A stretch of DNA of 37,886 nt from Asterionella formosa (Eukaryota): NCBI GenBank assembly GCA_002256025.1, contig NKIB01015162.1:1-37886 (forward strand), written 5' to 3'. Below, in pieces: positions 11,270 through 22,886 of this stretch. The notes below the pieces were generated by a model. That model searched no databases. It had not been told where the DNA came from and saw nothing but the letters and a program-made list of their open reading frames with translations. Numbering within the stretch: position 1 is the stretch's first letter; each line of letters begins with the position of its first letter. The position numbers and the translations under genes were made by a program.

Positions 11270-12507
11270 ATTCTAAATTGTACATACTGGTATAATACTT
11301 AAGATATGAGGATGTTCTGGTACTGCTGGAGAAGCAAATATTAAAATTTCTGCATTTGAACCCCTAGCTCGAGGTAGGGTTAGGTAAAATATTGAGTCAG
11401 ACTTATCAAACACGTACTTTTCAAAACATATAACGCTCATCGAAGCTTTCACCATTAGACACCACCCTTTCCATAAGATATACTTCCATACAGTCTTCAG
11501 ACATTGTACATAGGTCAATAAGACAAGATTTGTGGCTGAAGTGGTTATTCATAGTACTTTCACCAACAGTAAGAATGTTGAAATATAGCCAAAGTGTAAA
11601 GCAGCTTTGACTTTATAAAAAAAAAAGATATATTTGGAATCAGTTTCTTGTAAATGCTTCAGTTTGCACAAGACAAAAGCTCAAACAGGCAGTGTGAGGC
11701 ATGGTTGTATGTAGCCTTGCTGTCTTGCATGGATTTCCAAGTGTACCTCTTTGGGGCTCATGTCAAAATTATCAATCAAATCTTATACTAGTACATTAAA
11801 GCTATCCAAAAATCGCACTCGTGCCCAAATAAATGAATAAATGGACACAATTAGTACCGGTTTTCTGAAATTGGACCAAGCACCATGTCAAGGTGCAATG
11901 ATGATTCAATAGAGGCGAGATATTATTTTATTTGGTACTTCTACTCCTAGTATAGTAAGTCAATGAATTATTGGAGATATTTGGAAAAGTCATGTACCTG
12001 GTCCTAGTCAGCATACAGGACATGTAAATTGTTTTGGCAAAGTTTGCTTCAAATTTAGAGTGACACCCCCACCTTTTCATGCATAATTTAGCTTTTCCAT
12101 GTGGATGGTTTCTTTGGGGAGTTGTTTTCAAGAGTTAAAGTGACATTTTCATCTGGAGATTCTGAAAGTACAAGTACTCTAGCATGCGGAAAGGGCGTTT
12201 CAAAAGTAAAAATCCATGTTCAATTGCTCCATTATATTATATAAATTGGTATCACCTTGCTTTTTAATGTAAAATTGCATGTGATCTAGTTGTGTAGTAT
12301 GACTATTTCTGGCCTGTCATCAATGTGACAAAATAGCCGCTGACCAGACTCATCAGCAAAATTTTGACCCATTATGAAGTTAGCTAGCCAACTGAAATAA
12401 TGCATTGTGGCTTGGACTGTTTAAGTTAATATGCATCATCAGGTGAACTAGTACAAGCCTGACTTGGATTTATTTGTTCCACATTTTGTAATTAGATACC
12501 TATAACT

Positions 12508-13436
12508 TTATTTGGCTCTCTCCGAAAATTCTCCCTTGTCAGTGTCTACCTTGATTTTTTCTCCTTGTTCCAAGAATCCAGGGACCATAATAGTAGCACC
12601 ACAATCCAAGAGAGCTGGCTTGACATAATTATTGACAGTTGCTCCCTTGAGATTGGGGTCCGTTTCTACAATAGTATAGATCATCGGAGAAGGAACAACG
12701 ACTTCAATGATTTTATCATTGAACCACACCAATTGAATTTCCATCCCCTCCGATATCCATTTTGCCCTGTCACCCACCTGTTTGGCACTGACAGCAACTT
12801 CCTCAAACGTTTCCGTGTCCATAAAGAAGAAGTTGTCATTCTATCGACAAATATAATATACAAGTGTGAATATATAAAGTAGTGAAATAAGCCGAAAATA
12901 GTACACTGCCCAAGAAATATACATCAACAGCAATCGCAAAACTTACCTCCGCATAAGTGAATTGAGCCTTTTTCTTTTCAATCAAGGCTGTTTCAAATTT
13001 TTCTCCCGATCGGTAAGTATTTTCAATGGTATTTCCTCTGGCCTGTGTACAAGATAAAAAAGACAACAACAGCAACACAAACAGATGATTTGTTAGTTGG
13101 AACCAAACGGATCGACAATGGAAAAGTAAAACCTAATTTCCTGCACATCCACGTAAAATATAGTATAGTACGTACCAAATTCTTAAACTTGATGGTAGTT
13201 TTGGCAGCACCTCGTGCTTGTTTCATAATACTAAAGGAAAGTACTTTGTAGGGCTCATTGTCAATATTCAAGGTCATGCCATTTTTAATTTCGGATGTAT
13301 CGACCGCAACCGAAAGAGCCGATCCACAACGACGATGGGCCGTCACTGCTGATGGAGGGATCACCATGAAGGCCGCCGTCATGGTGGTTGTGGTCATCAA
13401 GGCCAAGAACGAGAACGTTGCGAATGAATGAAGCAT
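12508..13436 (-). CDS. efp: Plastid-targeted elongation factor P, 3 exons (13436-13176, 13042-12947, 12840-12508), ~229 aa
   Basis: The spliced product reads EIKNGMTLNIDNEPYKV...KFKNL/ARGNTIENTYRSGEKFE...QFTYAE/NDNFFFMDTETFEE...ETDPNLKG...KPALLDCGATIMVPGFLEQGEKIKVDT, matching EF-P domains. Both GT-AG introns are phase 0. A signal peptide is followed by a 'TAA-F' ASAFAP-like motif. Confidence 0.95.
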
Positions 13437-14428
13437 ACTGATGGTGGGGGAGCGGAGAACAAATGTAGCACTTCTGTAGATCGAGCTACAACAACAAAAT
13501 GTGAACAAGACAGGAAGAGTAAAACCGGTATAGGTAGCTATATTCTCTCTCTGTCTTGATGCATGTTGTTTCAAAATACAGGTATACCGGTACCTGATAA
13601 TACCAGCACTGTAGTTTCATCGGGTTAATAGTACCTGGTACCAGGTACACGTACTACAGGTACACAGTGCCATCAGTTCGCTCCGCTTGTTTGGTGGTTT
13701 TTGTTTTCCACCATCCATCCTGGATCCAGGATATTCATACGCATGATGTCCTTTTCAACAATGAGGTCATAGGTTAACTTCGTACCCTGGTACCTGGTAC
13801 GGTACCTGGTACCATGAAGTCAAGAGTGTAAACTAACTGTAAGAAATAAAAATGTCCAGCTATATCTATATATATATAGATACAGAATAAATATTTATCC
13901 CAATGAAATGTATGCATTTATGAATAAATATCCCAGTATAACATGGAAACAGCTCTTCCCCCAGAATACTTCCACACGGAGGTCTGCTTGATTCGTTTCC
14001 TGAACAACCCGGAGGTTCACTCAATGCCATTCATTCGCTCGTCACTTCCCCTGACGGATGAAAGCGCTTTGTTGCTTATCATCTAACTTAGCGATCATGT
14101 AGGTACGGTACTTGAACTATTTATTACCTGGGAAGAATGAACGATGTAGCTACGGTATTAGTATATGATGGACCGCGATGCTATGATTTTCTATGTAACA
14201 TTCTTGTTGTTACCACTCCGAGTCTCTGATAAATATTCTGTTCCGCGTACGGTGTAGGATAGCATGTCCTCTGCTGGCTTTGGAGTTGCTGCACACATCA
14301 ACGACGACTACTCCTCTCCTACGACTAGACTATACATTCTTCGTCTCAAGTGTTGAGATTGGTCGACCCATTCACAGAATACATCAATAGACACACAACA
14401 TTCATTCATTACTATTGATCAAGCACAA
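13437..14428. promoter_or_regulatory. Putative bidirectional promoter region between efp and ABC-F
   Basis: 992-bp spacer between divergent start codons, with perfect palindromes at 13631-13648, 13717-13732 and 13863-13882 and GGTACC clusters. Promoter function is inferred from position. Confidence 0.55.
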
Positions 14429-17383
14429 ATGAGACATTGTGTTGGTGCGCTGTTGCTGTGGGTAACAACAGTTCATTCGTTTAGTGTTCTTCCGACAACC
14501 ATCACACATTCAACTACAGCTTTGTTGGCCAAGCAAAAGAAGCTCAGCGTCGACGCCTTTGCCTTTGACGATGACGACGACGATCAACCGAAATTGTCCA
14601 AGAAGGATTTGTTGAAGAAATTAAAGGGAGGCGACAATGCTGCCACTGCTGCCACTGCTGCTGTTCTAGAAAAGAAGGAACCGTCAGTTCCGACAATATC
14701 CGATGACAAATCAAAAAATAAAAACAGCAATGACTCAACGGAGATGAGTGCGAAGATGAAGAAAATGCTGGCCATGGATGCCTTGGATGCAGCACAACAA
14801 GAATCCAGCAGCTCTACTTCAGAAAAGGAACCAAAGTTATCGGGAAAAGAACAAAAGGCATTGCAGAAGAAATTAGAAAAGGAAGAAGAACGTTTAGCCA
14901 AAAAGGCTGCCAAGAAATTGGCTGGTCCTGTGCTTGATGGGAAGGACGACGAGGAAGTAGCAGTCGTTGACAAGGAAGAACCTCTCACGCCAATGTATCA
15001 GCACGTCGAAGAAGTACGTTTTAATGTTTCCCTCTCCTGCTGGCATGGAATTCCCATATGTATTATGCATTATGCATATGCTTTTGACTCGCACATTTGC
15101 ACTCACACAATTACTCACTCACTCAATTGCACTTACACTCACTCTATCGTCACAAACAAACATACACACACGAATTTATATTTACATAATTAATAAACTG
15201 AATACATCAGCCCATGCTTCCACCGGACCATGAAACATTGGAAGAAAAGATTCGAAAGGAACGTCCTCCACCTCGCATTCGTGTAATGGAATCGTCCCAA
15301 CCTGGATATGCTGCCTTGAGATTGGAACAAGTGGGAATCACCTTCCGAGATCAACAAGTACTGCAAGACGTCACGTGGGGAGTGCAAACAGGAGATCGGA
15401 TTGGATTGGTAGGAGCTAATGGCGCGGGAAAAACTACGCAATTGCGCATTTTGGCAGGGGAGTTGGAACCCACGACTGGAGATGTCGTCAAGAGTAGTAA
15501 AGATTTGCGTGTGACCATGTTGCGACAAGAATTCGTAGATGAATTGGTTCGAGAACGCACCTTGCGAGAAGAATTTATGAGCGTCTTTACCGAAGAAGCC
15601 AAATTGTTGGAAGATATTCGTGAGGCCGAACGAGAACTGGAGACAATGACAGAAGCCGATTCAGATCGGATGCAGATTATTTTGGACAAGATGCAAGATT
15701 TGCAAGGCAAGGCGGATGCCAAGGGTGTATATGCCTTGGCAAGCCAAGTACAAAAGATCATGGACTTGATGGGATTCACCGAAGACGAAGGAGACGATCT
15801 TGTAGCGAGTTTCTCGGGGGGATGGAAAATGAGAATTGGTCTAGGCAAAGTTTTGCTCAAGGATCCAAACATTCTCCTTCTTGATGGTGCGTAGGATAAT
15901 GTATGAGTATGTCAATGCGCATCTCATGAAAGCAACGAAAAGTCTTTAAAACCGTTTCCTAACCTTGAACTCGTTAACAGAGCCGACGAATCATCTTGAT
16001 TTGGAAAGTGTCGAATGGCTGGAAGAATTCTTGCGCCAACAAAAGATTCCTACAATTATTGTAAGCCACGATCGAGAATTTCTGGATCAAGTTTGCACCA
16101 AGATTGTTGATGCAGAAGGCGGCCTTTGTACTGAATACGATGGAAACTATTCGAGATTCCTTGCTCTCAAAAAAGGTACGTGGCCATTTGCTTGTCACTA
16201 ACATCTCTTTGGGTGCTCTTGCTAAATCGCATGCACTACACAGCTCGAACGGATGCTTGGCATGCGGCATATAATGCACAGCAAAAGAAGGTCGAGGAAG
16301 AATTGTCCTGGATCAGGAAGTTCAAGATTAAGCAGCCCCAAGCCGTCAAGCAGCGCCAAGCCAAGTTGGATAAAATGCCGTCGCAAGAAGACTACGTCCA
16401 GAAACCACCCTTTTTGGGCAAGCCCTTTCGCTTTAGATTTCCAGATGCACCTCGTCTTAGTCCGGAAGTGGCCGAAATTCGCAAATTATCTCATGCATAC
16501 CGTAACGGAGAAACCGCAAACACTCTATTTGATGAAGTGGAGCTGTTTATTGAAAAGGGAGACCGTATTGCCGTGGTTGGACCGAATGGATCTGGAAAAT
16601 CGACGTTGTTACGATTCCTCATGGGACGAGAAGCACCCGACTCGGGACAAGCGGAAATCATTGGTCAAAATGTGGATGCCAACTATTTCGAACAGAATCA
16701 AGCGGACGCGCTAGACTTGGACAAGACAGTGATGGAAACGGTCCAAGCAGCGAGTCAGGGGCAATCTTACAATGAAATGAGAGCCTTGCTTGGGCAGTTT
16801 TTGTTCAAGGGCGATTCAGTGGAGAAAAAGGTCAGATTCCTGAGTGGAGGGGAAAAGGCAAGGTTGTCCCTGTGCTGCATGATGCTCCGACCTGCGAATC
16901 TTTTAGTCCTTGATGGTTCGTAACGAAAGAGTGTGTGTGTTTCATATTACATTTTCGACCGCTATATTTTTCTCACTTCTTGACAACTTTCCATTTATAA
17001 CTGCAGAACCCACAAACCATCTTGATATTCCAGCGAAAGAAATGTTGGAGGAAGCCTTACAGCACTTTGCTGGTTCTGTCGTGGTTATTTCCCATGATCG
17101 ATACTTTATCAGTAAGGTTGCTACCAGCATTGTAGCGATTGAGGACAAGAAGTTGACAAAATATGAAGGGGACTACAAGTTCTATATGGAAAAATCCAAG
17201 TATATGCAAGAAAAGATTGAAGCCCGCTACGTCCAGGGAGTGGCCAGAATTGAATCTGCCCCTATTATTGATGTGGAAGCATTGCAAAAGCCAAAAGGTA
17301 ACTTTGGCGGTGCCAAGACAGCTGGATTGGTTACCAGGAAAGACAAGGGCATCAAGAATGCTAAGCGAATGGCACAAAGTTAG
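14429..17383 (+). CDS. Plastid-targeted ABC-F ribosome-associated ATPase (plant chloroplast ABCF5-like), 5 exons (14429-15013, 15211-15886, 15981-16175, 16244-16915, 17007-17383), ~834 aa
   Basis: Two ABC cassettes and no TM domain: Walker A GANGAGKTT and GPNGSGKST, signatures FSGGWKMR and LSGGEKAR, Walker B LLLDEPTNHLD and LVLDEPTNHLD, and SHDR twice. It ends in a C-terminal KNAKR. Signal peptide is followed by 'VHS-F'. The spliced length of 2505 nt stays in frame. Confidence 0.95.
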
Positions 17384-17630
17384 ATATCCAATTATTAGAA
17401 AACTAATGCATATTTACGACAAAGCATGACCCAGGAAATTAGTGTGAAGCAAGCATTATTATCAAGATATACATCTGTAGCGGCATTAGCAGCGCCACTG
17501 CGACGCTCGTCTAGGACAAACACCCGACATTTGCCTTACGTTTAGTTCACCCGACTCAAAGCACAGCGACCTTGACCATTGGACGATGGCCCATGTGGCG
17601 ACTGCTTCCTTCATGACAGATTGACAAACT

Positions 17631-20597
17631 CTATTTCATAGATTCTAGATTGCATTCCACGTCGAGAAGAATATTTTCAAGTTTCTCGAGCTCAGAAGGA
17701 ATCTTCGATGCATCCATGTATGCTTGCTTGATTTTGTTGATAACTCCTCGTAAAAGAAACCTGCACTTGATAAGGCTGTCCTTGCTACCATCACTGGTAT
17801 GAAAGTGCGAGATATGTGCCACAACTTGAATTACTTTTTGGACCTGAAACTGATCTGTCTCCCATCCCTTATACGCTTGAAGGGAGCGGTACTCTTTCAT
17901 AAGATTTTCAAGGACTTCCTCATCGCGACCGACAGCTTCGTTGAACATCGCAAAAGTTTCCCATACCCACGGCTCAGCCTTTGCACTAGAAGTCATCCTA
18001 TCCAGCAAGTCATGAAGACGAGACAAGGTCCTTCTCGCTGAGTCCAACGCCACCTTGTCCTCTCTGTGGTCTTGAAAAATCTTCAACGTGGCAACAACAA
18101 TGGCCCGAACACACTTTTCCTCCAGATCTGGAATCTTTTCGGCATAATTGGTGGTGGCCTTCAAGTCCAGCAGGGTTTGGCATGCTTGAATTGCCTCATC
18201 ATATTTCTTGAGGTCGATGCAGGTATACAGTTTGCTGTTCCATACCCTCCAGTTGTTACGATTGTATTTCAACGATTCATTCAAAGCTGGATATGCTTCC
18301 GACGGGTTCTTATTGTGCATATGAACTGCAGCTACGTTGGCCCATGCATCTGCTTCTTGTGGTTCTTGCTGAACAACCTCAGTAAATGCACTTAGTGCGG
18401 CTGCCCAATCCTTGAGCTGCATACTGATTGTTCCCAAGCGGAACCAAACACTTGGCAATAGGGGGCGTATCTTGACAGCTTTTCGGTAGTATTCGGCTGC
18501 TTTGACGATCTCACTTTGTTCAAAGTAAAATTTCCCCAAAGATACGTAGGCGTTGGAAAAGCGACCATTAGAAAGTTTCAGGGCTTTCTCATAGTGTTCT
18601 GGCTCGTTTGTAATGTCACCTAGGGCTGCCCACATTCTCGGTGTTTCCATTTTTGCCAATCGTTCCCTTACAATTTGCTCCGCTTTGCTAGACTTGCCAG
18701 CCCGCGTGTAACATTCCACGACTTCATCCCACATTTCAATGTCCGCAAAAATCTCGGCCGCGCTTGTAACAATTCCCATGGCTGCATATCGTTCCGCGAG
18801 GTCGGCTAGCATGGACCATCGCGGAGGGTAAACGATGATATGGAGGTTTCGGAGTCGGTCTTGGACAGGAGCTGACTCTTCGATACTTTCAAAGGTTGAT
18901 TGGGTAATTGTCAATCGATTTGTATGTTGATCACTCAAGGCCTGCATTTGGAGAATTGCACGCTCACGGCCATGCGATCGTTCAAATTCAAGCCATGATC
19001 GCTCCAGCAGCGCTGTGGAATACACCATCCAATCGTCATGGTGATCCAAAACTCTGGCCAAGTAAGCCCCCATTTGTTCGCCTGTTAGACCATCCGCCGG
19101 GTTGTTGTTTTTGACGTCAAGGCACAACGACAACAGAATCGCTTGATCCAGAATTGACAAATGTTGAATCTCATTCTCTTGTGTGTTATCATAATTGATT
19201 CGTTCCAGCAATATTTCTTCTTCTGAGTGCTCCACCATTTGCGCTTTAATCTTGCGCTTTTCCTCTTCGCTCCCTGTATTTGTTGGTCTTGTGCTTGAAA
19301 CAGCCTTCACCAGCATCTGAGCAGTGGCTTCCTGTTGAAACTTTGTTCGCTTTCCCACTGCTCCAGTCACCTCCACCTTGACCAATGAATAATCCATTGC
19401 CTTTTGAAAGGCTAACTTGCTATTCGGTTGATAAAAGTGATGCTGAGCCAAACCCCATTCCAACATTACAGTTGCTGCTTGCACGCGACGATCAAAGGTC
19501 TCATCATCAATTTCCATTTCCAAATTTGCACAAAATTTCGTGAGTATATTCGTTTGAAAGATATATTGTGTTTCATCCCACAACGTGACGCTCGCTTCTC
19601 CTTTTCGTGATTGAAGTAGACGCTGGTGAGCCACCACGGCACGAGCACTCCAAAGATGCACCGCAAAAAGTTGTGACGACGCCACAGCAAAGGACTCCGG
19701 TAGAATACTGTCTTGTATGTTATTATTGTTAGTAGTAGTGGTAGTAGTAGATCCGACTGCATGTGTCCATTGTGGTCGTGATGGGTTGGCAAGTGTTGCC
19801 AGAATGGATCTAGCCAACAACAAGAGGTACGGCACTTGGCATATTTGACTTGGCCAATCCCCATCCACTGCCAACTCGGTCAATACTGAGTTTTGATAAT
19901 TGGTATTCCTTCTTGGAGCCGTCAGCAAAAAATCGTTCTTTTCAGTGTCCTGCTCCTGGTCAGTGTCACCATGTAGCAATTTCACGAAACATGGGTGGGG
20001 ATCGATACCTCTGAGTGGATTTTTGCTCATTCCTAGGTCGTCATTCATCATGTGCTCCTTGGCCATCTTTTCCAACGAGGGTCCAGTGTAATTGAGTTGT
20101 AAGAACAAATTTAGAGCAGCGATTGCTAGAAATTCAACCTTGACACACGAAGTGCTGTCGGTGCAAATGGAAAGCACTCGGTCTCTTAATGTCGACGCAA
20201 CCAAGGTACCGGCAGTGCCTGATGGTTCCAATCCATGAAAGAATTCCTGGGCAAATGTCCCTCTAAGTATCTCACAATATTTCCCTTCTGCGAGGTAATT
20301 CTCAAGTTCCTGGATACTGCTGCTTGCAGCGTGTTCAGAGTGATGTTCTTGGGTATTTCTGTTACTTTGAGCAGCAGTATCATTAGCACTATAATGAACA
20401 GTAGCTCCATCCAAATTAAAAGAACAAGACAAGAGAACTCGTCGTTCTGCTGCAAGAGCAGATTCATCAAATGTTGTTGGCGTTGCAACGTTATCGAAAT
20501 CGACACCTGAAAGGTCTAGAGAGTCAAAGGCAAAGTCGCCATCACTGCTGCTGTCATCACTCTCATTCTTGCCAACATCGTGTTGCTGTTGTATCAT
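17631..20597 (-). CDS. TTC27: Tetratricopeptide repeat protein TTC27/Emw1-like, 988 aa
   Basis: FLQLNYTGP, GAVGKRTKFQQ and WMVYSTALLERSWLE...ERAILQMQAL motifs characteristic of TTC27, followed by several TPRs (e.g. WFRLGTISMQLKDWAAALSAF, AWANVAAVHM). Single-exon ORF. Confidence 0.9.
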   Translation of the reverse strand: MIQQQHDVGKNESDDSSSDGDFAFDSLDLSGVDFDNVATPTTFDESALAAERRVLLSCSFNLDGATVHYSANDTAAQSNRNTQEHHSEHAASSSIQELENYLAEGKYCEILRGTFAQEFFHGLEPSGTAGTLVASTLRDRVLSICTDSTSCVKVEFLAIAALNLFLQLNYTGPSLEKMAKEHMMNDDLGMSKNPLRGIDPHPCFVKLLHGDTDQEQDTEKNDFLLTAPRRNTNYQNSVLTELAVDGDWPSQICQVPYLLLLARSILATLANPSRPQWTHAVGSTTTTTTNNNNIQDSILPESFAVASSQLFAVHLWSARAVVAHQRLLQSRKGEASVTLWDETQYIFQTNILTKFCANLEMEIDDETFDRRVQAATVMLEWGLAQHHFYQPNSKLAFQKAMDYSLVKVEVTGAVGKRTKFQQEATAQMLVKAVSSTRPTNTGSEEEKRKIKAQMVEHSEEEILLERINYDNTQENEIQHLSILDQAILLSLCLDVKNNNPADGLTGEQMGAYLARVLDHHDDWMVYSTALLERSWLEFERSHGRERAILQMQALSDQHTNRLTITQSTFESIEESAPVQDRLRNLHIIVYPPRWSMLADLAERYAAMGIVTSAAEIFADIEMWDEVVECYTRAGKSSKAEQIVRERLAKMETPRMWAALGDITNEPEHYEKALKLSNGRFSNAYVSLGKFYFEQSEIVKAAEYYRKAVKIRPLLPSVWFRLGTISMQLKDWAAALSAFTEVVQQEPQEADAWANVAAVHMHNKNPSEAYPALNESLKYNRNNWRVWNSKLYTCIDLKKYDEAIQACQTLLDLKATTNYAEKIPDLEEKCVRAIVVATLKIFQDHREDKVALDSARRTLSRLHDLLDRMTSSAKAEPWVWETFAMFNEAVGRDEEVLENLMKEYRSLQAYKGWETDQFQVQKVIQVVAHISHFHTSDGSKDSLIKCRFLLRGVINKIKQAYMDASKIPSELEKLENILLDVECNLESMK

Positions 20598-21710
20598 GGT
20601 GCTGGTGGTGATGGGTTGGTTCTAGCTTGTTTGAAATAGATTTGAGCAAATGATCACTCCAAATCATAATTCATATAAATTACATGGATATAAATAAATA
20701 CTGGTCCACATCCTCGGTTACCGTTGCCTGGTGCCAGGGTACCGTACCTGGGCCAGGTAATGGTACCAGATACCTGGTACCTGGTACTACACTTTTTACC
20801 GTCATGATGTACAAGGTACCAGGTACCTGCACGTTGCGGTCATTTTGCTTAAATAAACAATTTAATATGGGATAAAATAAAGCTAAACTTTTCGTTTCAA
20901 CACAATTACCGCAACTCCTTCCTGGAGCCTGGCACTTTGGTTGTCGTCATCCAGAGACCGACCACTCCTTGCAGGTCGGTCAGAGAGGAGATACATTTTG
21001 TGGAGGGGATGCTAGGAGTGGTGTCAGATAGAGGTTGGTGGTGTGCGTGGTTGTTGGCGGAAAATGTCCACTTTCCGTAGAAACGGCCAGACACAAACAC
21101 TTGAAAATTTATGTGACGATTTTATCCTTCAAATGTCCTCGTTGAAGCTAGAAGGTCATTTCTTGTCGGAATCACCATTTCCATACATATAGGTACCAGG
21201 TATCATACTGATCCTCACTTGCATGCTTGTACTGTACATAATGGTTACCAGGTATTTAAGTATGTAGCTTCACGATGTTGTTGACTACGACATTTTATTT
21301 ATCTCAGGACATTACAACTGCAATGTGCTGACATCGAGCAATTAATTTACTATGCTGTATGCAGTCTCCTATTCAGTCCTCTACTGTACCTGCCTTTTTT
21401 TTGTTTACATGCAGCAGACATTATATAGACACAAAATTGCCACCTTATTCAACCCTCGCATGTGCCGGGTCATAACCGGACAAAGTTATCCGTACTGGTA
21501 CTACCAGGTACCAGGAAGCAGGATGCAGGGTACCGGAGTACATACTTATATACCGATATGTACGCGACGATGAATTCGCATCGATCAGGAGAAATGAAAT
21601 GCTTGATTTCATCTCGCGGCATACTGGTACTTTCGGTACTTCTACTAGAATGATGGAATACATTTCCTTCCATCTCTCTCGTTCCGCTTCACTTCCTTAC
21701 TGACAACAAG

Positions 21711-21736
21711 CACCACACCACACCACACCACACCAC
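21711..21736 (+). repeat. (CACAC)n microsatellite immediately upstream of the CRAL-TRIO start codon
   Basis: caccacaccacaccacaccacaccac directly before gccaccATG. Confidence 0.8.
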
Positions 21737-21742
21737 GCCACC

Positions 21743-22886
21743 ATGCCGATCAGCTTCTCTGCTCCTCGTATTGACGAAGAGGAAGTGAGGCGAGAAATTC
21801 AGGCCCTTCCACAGGAAGAACGAAATCGGGCCTACCAAGATCTCTACGGCGGCCTCGTTACTGTTGAGGAAACCCCGGCAATGCTCGATGGAGCGTTCAT
21901 GGAGCTACATGCAGCCATACAAAGAATTCCAATGCAGGAAAGTGAAGCCTATCGAGAGGCGTTGCGGATTTGTCCGCACTATGCCGGCAGCAACAATTTC
22001 AAACTCATGTTTCTGCGAGCTACGAATTATGATACCCAGGTACGTCGTGATTACTGGAGGATGGCTGTGTCTCTGTGGTTGAACTGCGGAACTCATCACA
22101 CCATTGAATTTGTATCATGATGGCCATCACCAGGCGGCTGCTCTTAGAATCACTGCTTATTGGCAAGAAAAGGTAAAGCTTTTTGGAATAGACCGGGCAT
22201 TTAGGAGACTTGGGTTGCAGGATCTGACCGAAGCAGAGCACGAAATTGCCCTGCGTCGAGGCGGTATACAGGCCCTGCCCGGTACCGATGCAGCTGGGAG
22301 AGGTATAGTCTTTTATGATAGAACCAGATGGGAGGCACGTCGATCGCATCGAGCCAGTATGGTGAGTTTGTTAGACAGTACTACCGTATATTGCTTCATC
22401 CTCTGTACAAAGACTCATACAACGGTTCATCCATGCTATATGTATTCGCAGTTTCGAGCACATTGGTATATTCTGCACTCTCTTATGGAAGGAAATCCAG
22501 TTGTACAAAAGAATGGACTTGTAATGTTGGTGTACACGTCTCCCAATGCGGAATTGGAGAGTTTTGACAGAAAAATGATTGTCACCATGATGAATCACAT
22601 GCGTCACGTCCTACCCATTCGGATAGTTGGATTCCATCATGTCATCAATAGCAGCATCATACGCTTAATCATGCCCCTCATTTACTACGTGCTTGGGTCA
22701 GAAGTACGGGCGAGGTACATACAACATATTGGCATGACAGGTGTACAAGTAATGGAAGCTCTGAAACAATTTGGATTGGTACAAGAACAGGTGCCTATTG
22801 AATTGGGAGGCCAGTATCAATTCGACTACGAAACTTGGATTGGGATTCAGCAACGAATAGAAAACAATACAACTGAGATTGGTTGA
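21743..22886 (+). CDS. CRAL-TRIO/Sec14-like lipid-binding domain protein, 3 exons (21743-22039, 22134-22361, 22452-22886), ~319 aa
   Basis: 'LMFLRATNYD..AA.RI..YW..K..LFG', 'GTDAAGRGIVF', 'QKNGLVML', 'LPIRIVGFH' and 'QVPIELGG' fit the CRAL-TRIO pattern. Splice sites CAG|GTACGT..CAG and ATG|GTGAGT..CAG keep the frame. Confidence 0.88.

Noticed and set aside
13437..13574. Upstream extension of the EF-P ORF to 13574
   Set aside because: It begins at a non-ATG codon, and the ATG at 13436 directly starts a typical signal peptide.
15260..15280. PPP motif in ABC-F as an EF-P-dependent autoregulatory stall site
   Set aside because: The gene is nuclear and translated by cytosolic ribosomes (eIF5A-dependent), so plastid EF-P cannot act on it.
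14429..17383. Frameshifted or fragmented ABC gene, or several separate ORFs
   Set aside because: All breaks are explained by canonical GT-AG introns giving one continuous frame. The same holds for efp, CRAL-TRIO, fabB and fabH.
22362..22451. In-frame 90-bp segment of the CRAL-TRIO ORF as coding sequence
   Set aside because: It has a strong GTGAGT donor and TTCGCAG acceptor and interrupts the domain, so it was treated as an intron.
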